A stretch of DNA of 61,388 nt from Pseudomonadota bacterium (GCA_034439715.1 JAWXAY010000067.1:1-61388), one strand, 5' to 3'; shown: positions 39,118 to 49,972, numbered from the stretch's first letter. Numbers and translations: made by a program. The notes: generated from the letters alone by a model not told the origin.

Positions 39118-40286
39118 AACTGCTCTTTCGCCTTCGAGAGCGCCTGGTTCATTTGGGTTTCGGTAAATTCATCGGGCCGCAACTCCAAAAATGTTTCAAA
39201 GAGTTTTTCAAGACAATAAAGCATGTCAATATTTTCGATATAACCCATGTGTCCAATACGAAGAATCTTGCCAGCCAAATGTTCCTGGCCACCGGACAAA
39301 AATATATGATGGTTTTTTTCTAATTTCTGCATCACTAATTCACTCAACAGGCCATTCGGCATATTAAAAGCAGTAAGCGAGGGACTAGGCACTCGAGAGA
39401 AGAGCTTCAAGCCAAATTCCCGTAGGGCCAATTTGGTTGCATTGGCTTTTGACGCCACCGCCTTGAAATGCAGATCCAGACCTTTATTTAGTAGAACATC
39501 TAGGGCCACATCTAAGGCTCGAACAAGCGATACTGATGAGCTAAAATGATTCCGACCCTTATCATTATTTTTTTGTTCTTCTTTGAGGTCCCAGTAAAAC
39601 TTAGGGAGTTTAGAAGCAGAAGCTTTTTGCTGAGCTTTTTCAGAAAGACTTATCATTGAAAGGCCAGCCGGTAACATCAGAGCTTTTTGTGATCCGGCTA
39701 CTAAAACGTCAATGCCCCACTCATCCATTGGCAGCGGAAAGGCCCCCACACTCGAAATTCCATCAACCATAAGTAACGACTCAAAGTTTTGGCAGATTTT
39801 CCCGTACTCTTTTATTGGATGAAGAACGGCCGTGCTGCTTTCACATGCTTGGGTAAGAACAGCGGCATATTTTTTAGATTTCAATTTTTTCTCGAGGTCA
39901 TTAGGAGAACCCACGTCACCCCAGGAGACATTTATGCGATCCACATTTAAACCAAAATTTTGCGCCATATCGGCCCAACGTTCGCCAAACTTTCCAGAAA
40001 CAATTGAAAGGACATTTTCACCTGAGGATAAGGTATTGACTAAGGCTGACTCCATAGATCCACTGCCGGTGGATGCGTGTAAATACACATGATTTTTGGT
40101 CGCAAACAAAGTTTTTAGTTTTGACAGCACCGCTGATAAACAGGCTTTGAATTCCAAACTCAAATGATGGACCATGGGCCGACTCAGCGCCTTTAAAACG
40201 TCGGGATGGCATGACACCGGCCCGGGTGTTAATAAATGCGTGCGTTCTTTAACTATTTTTAGTTCATGCGAACTTAAGACAGACAA
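39111..40286 (-). CDS. Class V PLP aminotransferase (serine-pyruvate/alanine-glyoxylate type); likely TTG start 40286
   Basis: LLTPGP, GSGSME, VDGISS, GSQKALMLPAG, LRIGHMG; GGAGG RBS 5 nt before the TTG. Confidence 0.92.
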
Positions 40287-40360
40287 ACTATCCTCCCCAT
40301 CTGTCATAAAAAATATTGGTAGAAACTTCAACCAAGTAAGATGTAGATTTCCTTGATTAT

Positions 40361-40954
40361 GTGAAGCGGCATCGCTATTTTGAATCGGTGGTAAAAACCT
40401 TAAGGTTAATATTAATAACTGCCCCTTTTCTAAGCTCATGCGCTTATCATTTGGCATCCTCCAAACGCCAAATTCCTGGTGGCTACGACCGAATTCATGT
40501 TTCTATATTTGACAACGTAACCAGTGAGCCAGGGATAGAAGTCTCTTTTACCAATGCCATGGTCAAAGAAGTGCAACGCTCAAAAATTGCAAAAGTAACC
40601 CCTAAAAATGATTCCCAGATTACTTTAGAAGGTACTATTCGATCACTCAAATTTGAGCGCAGCCAGATGGCTTCAAAAAGCGCCATTCAGACTTTACCCG
40701 ACAGAACGGTATTAACTACAGAGTATCGAATATTAATCGAGACTGTTGTCAGCGCGCGCCGCAATCTCGACCAAAAGGTTTTGTGGACGGGATCCATTCG
40801 TGGAGAAAAATCCTACAGCGCCCCCAAGGTAGGATCGGCCGGAATAAACTCAGTCGATCCCATTTACAACCACTCGGCTCGACACCAAACCATCGCTCTT
40901 ATGGCAAACGACATGATGTCTGAGGCCATCGACCGTATGACGGAGAATTTTTAA
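40361..40954 (+). CDS. lptE: LPS assembly lipoprotein LptE
   Basis: Lipobox LSSCAYHL, FDNVT.EPG.E, position directly before holA. Confidence 0.8.
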   Translation: MKRHRYFESVVKTLRLILITAPFLSSCAYHLASSKRQIPGGYDRIHVSIFDNVTSEPGIEVSFTNAMVKEVQRSKIAKVTPKNDSQITLEGTIRSLKFERSQMASKSAIQTLPDRTVLTTEYRILIETVVSARRNLDQKVLWTGSIRGEKSYSAPKVGSAGINSVDPIYNHSARHQTIALMANDMMSEAIDRMTENF

Positions 40955-40955
40955 A

Positions 40956-41975
40956 GTGGCTGCTAGCTCAACGAATGATTTTTACCAGCGCCTTGAAAAG
41001 GAAGCCCGCGGTGGCACTTTTTGGCTTTTCGGTGCGGAGTTGTATTTAATCCAAGATGGCATTGAAAGAATCTGCCAAAAGCTATTTGGCACGCCTCATC
41101 CCACTTTAAGTGAAAACCTCAACTACGAAATTTACTATGGAAGCGAGTGTGACTCGGACCATGTGAGAGAAGCCATTACCTCACTACCTTTTTTTTCAGA
41201 CTTTAAACTTGTCGTGGTAAAAGAATGCGAACGGTTTCGCGATAAGGATTTTGAAATATTGAGCGAGGCTATTGCGCATAAAGACCCTTCGGTGACACTC
41301 GTTCTCATCTCAGACCAAGTTGATAAGCGCACTAAATCCTATAAAAAAATTGAAAAACTCTGTCAGGCTGTCGAGTTTCGCCCTCCCTACGAACGAGATT
41401 TACCGCAATGGGTACAGTATTTGGCCCAACAACAGAAACTACAGATCGGTTCCCGCGAGGCTTTGCTACTCCTGTCAACGGTGGGCTCTGATCTGATGAT
41501 GATCAATAACGAGGTCAAAAAAATTAGCTTAGGATTGGGTGGTCGTACACAACTTGAAGAAGCAGATATTTTAAAGTTTTCCTTTCGTGGAAAAGATGAA
41601 AATGTTTTTGCATTGAGCGATCATTTGGCGACTCGCTCAACCACTCAAGCTCTCGCTTTGTTAAAAAAGCTTTTAGAACAGGGGCTAAACTCTGTCGCTA
41701 TTATTAGTCTGATTGCCCGCCATTTCAGAATTTTATTAACAATTACTGAGGGAAAGCGTCTTGGCTTAGAACACAAAGCGCTCATGGAGCGACTGGCACT
41801 ACCCCCTTTCTTTTTTAAAAAATATTGGGAGCAAAGTCAAAAATGGGATCAGTCCTCATTGGCCGGAATACTGTTGCAGCTAGCGAACACAGATAAAAGT
41901 CTTAAATCCTCTCCTCTCTCACCGTCTTTAGTCCTTGAACATTTCATATTATCATTGTCTCACGTTAAGTCGTAA
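40956..41975 (+). CDS. holA: DNA polymerase III delta subunit
   Basis: LFGAELYL, SLPFFSD.KLVVVK, NEVKK, NVFAL; lptE-holA-rpsT context. Confidence 0.9.
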   Translation: MAASSTNDFYQRLEKEARGGTFWLFGAELYLIQDGIERICQKLFGTPHPTLSENLNYEIYYGSECDSDHVREAITSLPFFSDFKLVVVKECERFRDKDFEILSEAIAHKDPSVTLVLISDQVDKRTKSYKKIEKLCQAVEFRPPYERDLPQWVQYLAQQQKLQIGSREALLLLSTVGSDLMMINNEVKKISLGLGGRTQLEEADILKFSFRGKDENVFALSDHLATRSTTQALALLKKLLEQGLNSVAIISLIARHFRILLTITEGKRLGLEHKALMERLALPPFFFKKYWEQSQKWDQSSLAGILLQLANTDKSLKSSPLSPSLVLEHFILSLSHVKS

Positions 41976-41987
41976 TCACGCCGATAG
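41965..41987 (+). promoter_or_regulatory. Possible sigma28-type promoter for the PilZ gene
   Basis: TTAAG-N10-GCCGATAG. Confidence 0.45.
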
Positions 41988-42006
41988 AGCAACATGAGAA
42001 CTTACC

Positions 42007-42441
42007 GTGACTAATCCAGACGTTAAGCGTTTACCGCGAAGGTTGTATCAAAGACCCGTGGGAATTCTTTCAGAGTCGGGCTATTGTGTTAACGACATCG
42101 TGGAGATTAGCGAAGGTGGCATAATGGCTAGGTCATCCGCACAGCAATATCCCGTTGACTCATCCGTATTGTTAAATTTTTATTTGCCCGAAGGTGGAAT
42201 GATTATCATTCGAGCCGAAGCTCGGTGGACTAAAAACGTCTTCGATCTGCCGGGAACTTTTATCGGCTTTCAATTTAATAAGGTTACCTTTCAACATCGA
42301 CGTCTCATCAGAGCGTATGTTGCCGAAAAGCGCCCCGATGAACTTGATTTTGAAAAATACAAAATGTCGGCTCCTGATCAACCCATTTTAGAAACTAAAC
42401 TGGATAGCCGTGCCACACGCCGAGAAGCAGTGCGAAAGTGA
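42007..42441 (+). CDS. PilZ domain protein
   Basis: RLPRR (RxxxR), EISEGG (D/NxSxxG-like), RW...IGFQF. Confidence 0.8.
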   Translation: MTNPDVKRLPRRLYQRPVGILSESGYCVNDIVEISEGGIMARSSAQQYPVDSSVLLNFYLPEGGMIIIRAEARWTKNVFDLPGTFIGFQFNKVTFQHRRLIRAYVAEKRPDELDFEKYKMSAPDQPILETKLDSRATRREAVRK

Positions 42442-42641
42442 ATAACGCCACTTTTGCTAGCTTTCATGGCTTTGGACATAAAAGCTTTAAGTACTTCTTT
42501 TGCTTCATCAACTTTTTTATCTCCAACAGCCGAACGAACCTTTCTCTCTACTGTTCTTAAGGCGCTCTCGATTCCGGTATTACGCTTGTTACGACGTACT
42601 GACTGTCTTGCTCTTTTTTCTGCTGACTTATGAGTTGCCAT
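42378..42641 (-). CDS. rpsT: 30S ribosomal protein S20
   Basis: MATHKSAEKRARQ...GVIH..TASRRVARL; GGAGG RBS. Confidence 0.96.
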   Translation of the reverse strand: MATHKSAEKRARQSVRRNKRNTGIESALRTVERKVRSAVGDKKVDEAKEVLKAFMSKAMKASKSGVIHFRTASRRVARLSSLVSKMG

Positions 42642-42706
42642 TTGAAATCCTCCCAATTAGGCTCTAAAGACCAAGTCAAATACCATAGTTGGAGTGGTCA
42701 CGCAAC

Positions 42707-44299
42707 ATGAGAAACAGCGATTCTCCCAACATTGTAAAAAGCGCCTTTTTTATGGCTATCGGTACTCTGGCCAGCCGAGTGTTGGGTCTTGTTCGTGATT
42801 TAGCATTTGCTGCCTACTTTCCTAAAATTATTACCGATGCCTGGGTGGTCGGCTTTAGACTTCCCAACCTTTTTCGTCGAATTTTGGGTGAGGGCTCGAT
42901 GTCCTCAAGCTTTATTCCGGTTTTTGTAGGTCTCCAAAGCGATGGATCTCCTCACTCGGAAAAAAAATCCCAAGAACTCGTCTCTAGTGTCGCCACATTT
43001 TTGCTTTTAGTCGTAACGGTTTTAACGGGTGTTTGCATTTATTGGATGGACCCTATTGTTGGATTTTTGGTAAGTGGCCCTGGGTACTCTTCGATTGAAG
43101 GTAAAATAGAGCTGACTGTGGTCATGGCCCGAATCATGTTTCCATTTATTGCACTCATGAGTTTCTACGCGCTTTTCATGGCTATTCTTAATAGCTTTAA
43201 GAAATTCACACTGGCGGCCTTTGCCCCGTGTCTGCTGAATATCGCTCTCATTATTGGCGCTATCTCTCCCTGGGGAGATCTTAATACTAAGGCCTACGTA
43301 CAATCATGGGCCGTATTGGTCGGCGGCTTGCTACAGATGGGAATTCTTATTCCATCGATCAAAAAATATGGGCTACTCCCAAAACTAAATTTTAATTTTT
43401 CTTCGCAAGAGATGCGAGATGTATTTAGAGGAATGGTGCCCTCAATGCTTGGCATGAGTATCGTGCCGCTCACGGGCCTCGTAAGCACTTATTATGCGAG
43501 CTTTTTGGCGCAAGGCACACATTCGTATTTTTACTATGCTGACCGTGTGATGGAGCTTCCGCTCTCTTTGTTTGCGGTCAGTCTTGGTACGGCGCTATTG
43601 CCAACTCTGACTCAGCTCTGGTCCAGTGGTCATAAAGATAAAATGTTAGAACTTTCAAGCTATCATCTCAAACTTATATTTTTCGTGAGCATTCCCAGCT
43701 CCGTCGGAGTCTATTTTTTAGCTCAGCCCATCACGCAAGTACTGTTTGAGCGTGGACAATTTAAATCAGCTGATACCGAAGTCTTGGCGGCCGTCTTGCG
43801 TGCAAGCGCCTTTTTAGTGTTGGCCGCCAGTGGAGTTAGAATTCTCGCACCGTGCTTTTATGCAGTTAAAAACACGTGGCTGCCAGCACTTAGTTCGCTA
43901 CTCGCCCTTTGTGTTCATGTATTTCTTGCACCGCTCTTCATGAAGGAATATGGCATTGTTGGACTTGCCCTTTCGTCTGTCTCCGCTGCCTTTGCAAATT
44001 TCCTAATGCTCTATTTGGCCCATTTATTTATGATTGGCTCACTAAAATCTCGAGAGCTCTTAGCATCAGTTTTAAAATATTCTGTGTGCGCCGCCGGAAT
44101 GGCCTATGCCATTTCGATTTGCCTGCCGTTTTATAACCAATATGGCCTTTTTTTACTGTCTCGAATAGTTTTGTTGAGTGCCATTATTGCATTGGCTTCA
44201 GTCGTTTATTTTATGCTGGCCAATTTATTTAAAATTCAAGAGGCTAAAGTCGTTTACAGCCTGGTTTTTCAAAAACTTAAAAGGCGCCTCGGTCGGTGA
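42707..44299 (+). CDS. murJ: Lipid II flippase MurJ
   Basis: SRVLGLVRD, FRLPNLFRRILGEG, YADRVMELPL, LFERGQF. Confidence 0.96.
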   Translation: MRNSDSPNIVKSAFFMAIGTLASRVLGLVRDLAFAAYFPKIITDAWVVGFRLPNLFRRILGEGSMSSSFIPVFVGLQSDGSPHSEKKSQELVSSVATFLLLVVTVLTGVCIYWMDPIVGFLVSGPGYSSIEGKIELTVVMARIMFPFIALMSFYALFMAILNSFKKFTLAAFAPCLLNIALIIGAISPWGDLNTKAYVQSWAVLVGGLLQMGILIPSIKKYGLLPKLNFNFSSQEMRDVFRGMVPSMLGMSIVPLTGLVSTYYASFLAQGTHSYFYYADRVMELPLSLFAVSLGTALLPTLTQLWSSGHKDKMLELSSYHLKLIFFVSIPSSVGVYFLAQPITQVLFERGQFKSADTEVLAAVLRASAFLVLAASGVRILAPCFYAVKNTWLPALSSLLALCVHVFLAPLFMKEYGIVGLALSSVSAAFANFLMLYLAHLFMIGSLKSRELLASVLKYSVCAAGMAYAISICLPFYNQYGLFLLSRIVLLSAIIALASVVYFMLANLFKIQEAKVVYSLVFQKLKRRLGR

Positions 44300-44508
44300 G
44301 CCCCTGACATACGTCAGTGGCAAAAGAGACCTACTCCAAAATGAATACAGCTCAATGCTGCTCGCCACAAAAAAAAGAACGAGAGCAAAGGCAAAAAACC
44401 AACGCCCCCCCAAACTTAGCTGTCAGGCTACTCGGTGACCCCTCAACGACCACTCTCAAACAAGTACTATTATAGGTTCACTTGTTTTAGATAGGGCGAT
44501 TAAGGTCC

Positions 44509-45009
44509 ATGGCCATGACACCATTAACTCCTAAAGAAATTCGGTTGGCATACGCGCACTGGTCACGAGATTACCTACATGAGAAGGCCGACCAGCAAAT
44601 TGAGGCCTTTCTTGATGAAAAAATCCAGTGTGATACTTTGCCATTAGGTTGGCTCGAAAAGGCACGCAAGGCCTTGTTTTTATCTACGGGAAGAATGGCT
44701 AATAGACTGGAAATTTCTAGAGCTGCCTACAGGAAGTTTGAAAAAAATGAGGAGCTGGGCACGATATCGCTAAATTCACTCAAGAGATGCGTTGAGGCTA
44801 TGAACTGCGAACTAGTTTATGCCATTAGGCCTAGGGAGCGAGTGCCATTTTCACAGGTTATTTGGGAAAAAATTTTGAAAGGCTCAGCAAAGCAAATAGA
44901 GATACGAAAAAGCACTGAGCTCAGGAAAAGTTTTACTCTAGCCGCTATCGCCAGAGATAATATATTCAATGCAAAGTTCCGTAAACAACAGCAGTGGTCA
45001 CAATCCTAA
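44509..45009 (+). CDS. XRE-HTH protein resembling mobile mystery protein A
   Basis: GWLEKARKAL.LS...A.RL.IS......EKNE..GTISL.SL....EAMNCELVYAI.P. Confidence 0.75.
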   Translation: MAMTPLTPKEIRLAYAHWSRDYLHEKADQQIEAFLDEKIQCDTLPLGWLEKARKALFLSTGRMANRLEISRAAYRKFEKNEELGTISLNSLKRCVEAMNCELVYAIRPRERVPFSQVIWEKILKGSAKQIEIRKSTELRKSFTLAAIARDNIFNAKFRKQQQWSQS

Positions 45010-45017
45010 GGAAAAAT

Positions 45018-45839
45018 TTATCTGCGTTTAACCTGTTGCCAATATTTTTCTAGCTCTGTGGTAGAATAATTGGTTAGCTTTTTGCCGTTTTTTTCTGCCA
45101 TTTTTTTCATTTTGAAAAAGCGTTTCTCAAATTTGCGATTGGCATCTCTCAAAATTTGCTCGGGCTCTGATTTAAGATGTCGAGCTAGTTGGGCCAGAGA
45201 AAACAATAAATCTCCCAACTCCTCTTTGACATGGGACAATTTCATTTTTGATTTTTTTTGATTTTTTTTATGTTTTCGCTTTAGGCCCAGCGCCTCTTTA
45301 AGTTCTATAAATTCTTCTTCCACTTTTTCAAAAACATGGAGCGCATTGTTCCAATCAAAATTGAGTTTATTGGTTTTGTCGCCCATTTTTCCTGATCGTT
45401 GCAAGGCTGGTAAATGCACCGGAATAGAAAATCTATCTCTGTACCTAGCGCTTTTTTCTTGCGATTTAATTTCTTCCCAATTTTTAAGAACTTCCGTGGA
45501 GTCCTTAACTTTGACTTCGGCAAATACATGAGGATGGCGACGTACGAGCTTAGAGCAAATGCCCTCAATCACATCACTAATACTGAATTTATTTTCTTGT
45601 TGCGCAATGTGAGCATGTAAAATTACTTGCAATAGGACATCGCCTAATTCTTCTTTAATCTTTTCGGGATCCCCTTCTTCAATGGCCTCGGCAAGCTCAT
45701 AGGCCTCCTCTAAAGCATAAGGGGCCAGCGTCTCTGGCGTTTGTTCTTTGTCCCAGGGACAGCCCTCAGGACCACGTAACGCCTTTACCACATTTAATAG
45801 CGCGTCAAACTCACGCAAATTCTTTGGGGGTTTTTCCAT
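45018..45839 (-). CDS. mazG: Nucleoside triphosphate pyrophosphohydrolase MazG
   Basis: GCPWDKEQT, EEAYEL, EELGDVLLQ, RRHPHVF, second EELGDLLF. Confidence 0.95.
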   Translation of the reverse strand: MEKPPKNLREFDALLNVVKALRGPEGCPWDKEQTPETLAPYALEEAYELAEAIEEGDPEKIKEELGDVLLQVILHAHIAQQENKFSISDVIEGICSKLVRRHPHVFAEVKVKDSTEVLKNWEEIKSQEKSARYRDRFSIPVHLPALQRSGKMGDKTNKLNFDWNNALHVFEKVEEEFIELKEALGLKRKHKKNQKKSKMKLSHVKEELGDLLFSLAQLARHLKSEPEQILRDANRKFEKRFFKMKKMAEKNGKKLTNYSTTELEKYWQQVKRR

Positions 45840-45980
45840 CTGATGGTCCAGTCGTAACCAAAATGCAATGCATTATCAAAGGATTTCTACCTTCTTCCAG
45901 AAAAGGACCTAAATATTTTAGATTCTTTGGGATTTAGCGATTAAATGTCGATATCTAATGGGGTATAAGAAAAACAACAG

Positions 45981-48410
45981 ATGAATAATCCGATCAAGCC
46001 CAAAAAAAAACAGCCACCAACACGTACCAATTGGGTCGATCCTTCGCAAAAGTTTTTGGAGTGGGTTGATTCTTTTAATTTTGAAAAAACCTATTTTGGT
46101 AAAATTGGCAATTTTTTAGAACAGCGCTTAAATATTCGCAAAATTTCACTCATTTTTATTGGCTGCCTAATTCTCTCCTATACTGTCTTTTTTTCTTTTA
46201 ACACAATTTATTCTGGTCGAGTAGGAGAGATTGCTCGCCGTGATATCAAGTCACCAATTAGCGTTGAAGTGGTCGATGACATCGCCACTGAAAGCAAACG
46301 CCTAGCCTCAGAACAATCTGTCCCCCCCGTTTTTGACTATGATTTGGATGTGTTTAGCCTCATTTCAAATAACGTTTACAATGCCTTTCAGGCCATGCGT
46401 ACTCACGCGGAGCAGGTAAAAGCCGCTAAAAAAAGTAGCGAGTTTGTTGCTGAAATGCTGAAGCTTAAACCTGAGTTTGAAAAAATATTGGAACTTGAAA
46501 TACCCAACAGAGAATTTGAATGGCTAGCTTCGAATCGATTTAATTTGGATTTAGAAGACCTCATAGTTCGCATCATAGAAAAGTGGTGTGAGTATCGAAT
46601 TATGGATTCCCCACAAAAAATACTTCGGCCTGAACAGGATAAAATAGTCATAAAGCTCGTAAAAAAAGGTCTCAAAGAAAATGACGAATACCCCACAAGC
46701 ATGGATACCATATTTGATCTCACATCTCGTGAGCGCTTTAGCATTGAGGGAATTTCTGGGATTTACCGCTACCCTTCGCACGAACACACTTTAATAAAGC
46801 AGTTTTCCTACTCCCTACTCCGTCCTAACTTGACGCTCAATAAACAAGAAACCAGCGAACGCAGAGTCAAAGCACGTGATGCTGTTTCGCCATTCATGAT
46901 TTCGATTAAAAAAAATCAGGTTCTAGTGGCGGAGGGCTCAATCATTGAACCCATGCAAATTGCAATAATCGAGAAAATAAATAACTATAACTCAGAACAA
47001 CGAAAAGATTTTGTCGCTTTAAATTTGGCCCTGCTCTTAACTACCCTTATCCTCGCTAGTCTCTCCTATACGAGGCGTTTTACTGTCAATAAGGTTCGCA
47101 TTCAGCCGAAAGAAGTGGTCGCAATTTCTATTGTCACAATTCTAATGGTAACCATTTGTAAGTTATTCTGGTTCATGACAGATGGTTCAACGAACGCTCT
47201 CTTGGGGATTGACATCCCGAACGCCGCCTTTATGTATTTGGCACCCATTGCTGCAGGACCCATGCTAATAAGTTTACTCGTGACCTATGGTGAAATTCTT
47301 TGGCTATTCACTCTCTTCCTTTCGGTCGCCTTGAGCTATCTCGTAGACAGCTCTTTTCAATTTTTGATTTATAGTCTCATCACAGGAATAGTGGCAGCAC
47401 GAGGTACTTTTAAATGTAGTCAAAGGAACGATATCTACTGGGCCGGATTACGCACGGGAATTGTCGGGGCTCTCATTGCGGCCTTTTTGACCTATGCCAC
47501 TAGCGTGACTGAAACAAAATCCGTCACGGACGTTCAGTGGATAGTGCTTGGGGGATTTTTATCAGGAATATTTTCTGCCATGATAAGCATGATGCTTATC
47601 CCGTTGCTTGAAACTGCGCTGGGTTTTACCACGGATGTAAAGCTAATGGAGCTTAGTAATCTCAATCATCCACTTCTTAAAGAAATGGTCGTTAAAGCCC
47701 CAGGTACCTATCATCATTCACTCGTCGTCGGTAGTATGGTCGAGGCAGCAAGTGAAAAAATTGGCGCCAACCCCCTACTCGCGAAAGTAATGGCCTACTA
47801 TCATGATATTGGCAAGATTGCTCATTCTAGTTATTTTATTGAAAATCAAAGAGTGGGTGTGAATCCCCATGATCACATTTCGCCTTTTATGAGTAAAACT
47901 GTACTCATCTCGCACGTGAAAGATGGTGTGGAACTTGGCATCCAGTATCGCCTGGGCGCCCCGATTATCGACGGCATATTGCAACATCACGGAAATACCT
48001 TGATCGCTTATTTTTATAATAAAGCAATCGAATCGCTGGATGAAGATCAAGAAGAAATCCCCGAAGCTGAATTTCGTTACCCTGGTCCCAAACCTCAATT
48101 TAAAGAAGCCGCTCTTATCATGTTAGCTGACAGCATTGAGGCTGCAGCCAGATCTCTCGATGAACCGACACCTGTTCGTCTACAAAATATTGTAAAAAAT
48201 ATTATTCAAAGAAAATTTATGGAAGGTCAACTTGAGGAGTGCAATCTGACTCTCAAAGATCTCTCAACAATAGAACAGAGTTTTATTCGTACACTGTTAG
48301 GAATTCATCACCAAAGAATTGATTATCCCAAAAGCGCCGGCGGTGGAGCTTCTTTAGCTCCCGAAAAACTTCTTCGCTTTCCGGGCGCCAAAGGTCCCGG
48401 CACGGCATGA
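45981..48410 (+). CDS. 7TM-HD (HDIG) membrane phosphohydrolase, PgpH/YqfF-like
   Basis: Extracellular domain, 7 TM, APGTYHHS, YHDIGK, HHG, LADSIEAA; upstream of ybeY. Confidence 0.92.
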   Translation: MNNPIKPKKKQPPTRTNWVDPSQKFLEWVDSFNFEKTYFGKIGNFLEQRLNIRKISLIFIGCLILSYTVFFSFNTIYSGRVGEIARRDIKSPISVEVVDDIATESKRLASEQSVPPVFDYDLDVFSLISNNVYNAFQAMRTHAEQVKAAKKSSEFVAEMLKLKPEFEKILELEIPNREFEWLASNRFNLDLEDLIVRIIEKWCEYRIMDSPQKILRPEQDKIVIKLVKKGLKENDEYPTSMDTIFDLTSRERFSIEGISGIYRYPSHEHTLIKQFSYSLLRPNLTLNKQETSERRVKARDAVSPFMISIKKNQVLVAEGSIIEPMQIAIIEKINNYNSEQRKDFVALNLALLLTTLILASLSYTRRFTVNKVRIQPKEVVAISIVTILMVTICKLFWFMTDGSTNALLGIDIPNAAFMYLAPIAAGPMLISLLVTYGEILWLFTLFLSVALSYLVDSSFQFLIYSLITGIVAARGTFKCSQRNDIYWAGLRTGIVGALIAAFLTYATSVTETKSVTDVQWIVLGGFLSGIFSAMISMMLIPLLETALGFTTDVKLMELSNLNHPLLKEMVVKAPGTYHHSLVVGSMVEAASEKIGANPLLAKVMAYYHDIGKIAHSSYFIENQRVGVNPHDHISPFMSKTVLISHVKDGVELGIQYRLGAPIIDGILQHHGNTLIAYFYNKAIESLDEDQEEIPEAEFRYPGPKPQFKEAALIMLADSIEAAARSLDEPTPVRLQNIVKNIIQRKFMEGQLEECNLTLKDLSTIEQSFIRTLLGIHHQRIDYPKSAGGGASLAPEKLLRFPGAKGPGTA

Positions 48411-48826
48411 GGCTCAGCCTCATCAATAAGACCAAATCGAAAATGAACTTAAACTTTATCCGACGCTGGGTAAAAAGAGTCGAAAAGGAAATACCTAAAA
48501 TTAAAAAATTTGAATTGACGATCGCCATTGTGGGATCGGACATGATCACTCGTCTCAATAAAACTTATAGAAAAAAAAACAAAGTAACTGACATTTTAAG
48601 CTTTGAATCTACTCTCCCCGATCATCTGGGAGAATTGGCCATATGCCTACAAAAGGTAAGGTCTCAAGCAAAACTCAATAAACATTCTGTTCAGGTAGAA
48701 CTTAATTACCTCATCCTTCATGGCATTCTTCACCTTTTGGGGTACAATCACGAAAAAGGTGGGCACGAAGCCAAAAAAATGTTTAAAATCCAGGACGGTA
48801 TCTTTAACCGCTTGTATCCCTCTTAA
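48407..48826 (+). CDS. ybeY: rRNA maturation endoribonuclease YbeY
   Basis: TDILSF, HGILHLLGYNH. Confidence 0.95.
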   Translation: MRLSLINKTKSKMNLNFIRRWVKRVEKEIPKIKKFELTIAIVGSDMITRLNKTYRKKNKVTDILSFESTLPDHLGELAICLQKVRSQAKLNKHSVQVELNYLILHGILHLLGYNHEKGGHEAKKMFKIQDGIFNRLYPS

Positions 48827-48845
48827 TAAACTGTTAAAAATTCTT

Positions 48846-49971
48846 ATGAGCTTAAGCACCGAACTCAGTGATATTCGCAACATGCTAATAGACCTCAAAC
48901 AAAGATCGAAAGATCTGAGGAGGTATCTTTGACCTCCCTACAAAAGAAACGCGTCTAGAAGAGCTCGCTGCCGCAAGCCTTCAACCCGAAGTGTGGCAAG
49001 ATCAAAAACGATTTCAAAAGATAAGCAAAGAGAAAAGCGATCTCGAGAAAATTATTTCTTCTTGGCGTGAGCTGGATGTAGGAGTTGATGATAACTTGTC
49101 TCTACTAGATATGATTCAAGAAGAAAATGATGAGAAAAGTTTTGAAGATGTAAAGGCCGAAGCATTTGTCCTTCAAAAAAAAGTGCACAACCTCGAAGTA
49201 CAGAAGCTCCTCAGCGGTGAGTTAGATGCCAACTCAACTTTTTTGACAATTAACTCCGGCGCCGGCGGCACTGAGGCTTGCGACTGGGCCAGCATGCTAC
49301 TTCGCATGTACACAAAGTACTGCAACCATAAGGGGTATAAATCTGAGATTCTAGAGATGAGCGAAGGTGAAGGGGCTGGTATTAAATCGGCGACGCTTCT
49401 TATTACAGGGCTATATGCTTATGGACATTTGAAGGCTGAGAATGGCGTGCATCGACTCGTGCGCATCAGTCCTTTTGATAGTAATGCCCGCCGCCACACC
49501 AGTTTTGCCTCTGTCTTTGCATGGGCTGAGGTGGACGATGAAATCAAAATTGAAATTAAAACCGACGACATTAAAGTTGATACTTACCGCGCCAGTGGCG
49601 CCGGCGGACAACATGTGAATAAAACAGACTCTGCCATTCGCATGACTCATATGCCCACTGGGATTATTGTTCAATGCCAAAGTCAGCGCTCACAACACGC
49701 CAATCGCGATACCGCCATGAAAATGCTAAAAGCCGCGCTATATGAGCGCGAAGTAAAGGAACGCAATAGATTAAAAGAAGAACAGGAGTCCACTAAAAAA
49801 GCCAATGAGTGGGGCAGCCAAATTCGCTCCTATGTCTTTCAGCCCTATCAAATGGTCAAAGATCACCGAACCTTGCAAGAGACGAGTCAAATTGAATCGG
49901 TCATGGACGGAGATATTGAATTGTTTATTGAGGCCTTTTTAAAAATGCATATAACATCGAAAGTCACTTGA
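48846..49971 (+). CDS. prfB: Peptide chain release factor 2, with programmed +1 frameshift
   Basis: ATG 48846, 28 codons to CTT TGA C; +1 frame continues DLPTKETRL...; SPF and GGQ motifs. Confidence 0.97.
48918..48933 (+). promoter_or_regulatory. RF2 autoregulatory frameshift site
   Basis: AGGAGG-tat-CTT-TGA-C (internal SD, 3-nt spacer, slippery codon, UGA). Confidence 0.95.
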
Positions 49972-49972
49972 T

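Noticed and set aside
40287..40457. 57-aa N-terminal extension of the aminotransferase
   Set aside because: Overlaps divergent lptE; a better RBS and start exist at 40286
44225..44413. Hydrophobic 62-aa minus-strand ORF after murJ
   Set aside because: Overlaps the murJ end and has no RBS; unsupported
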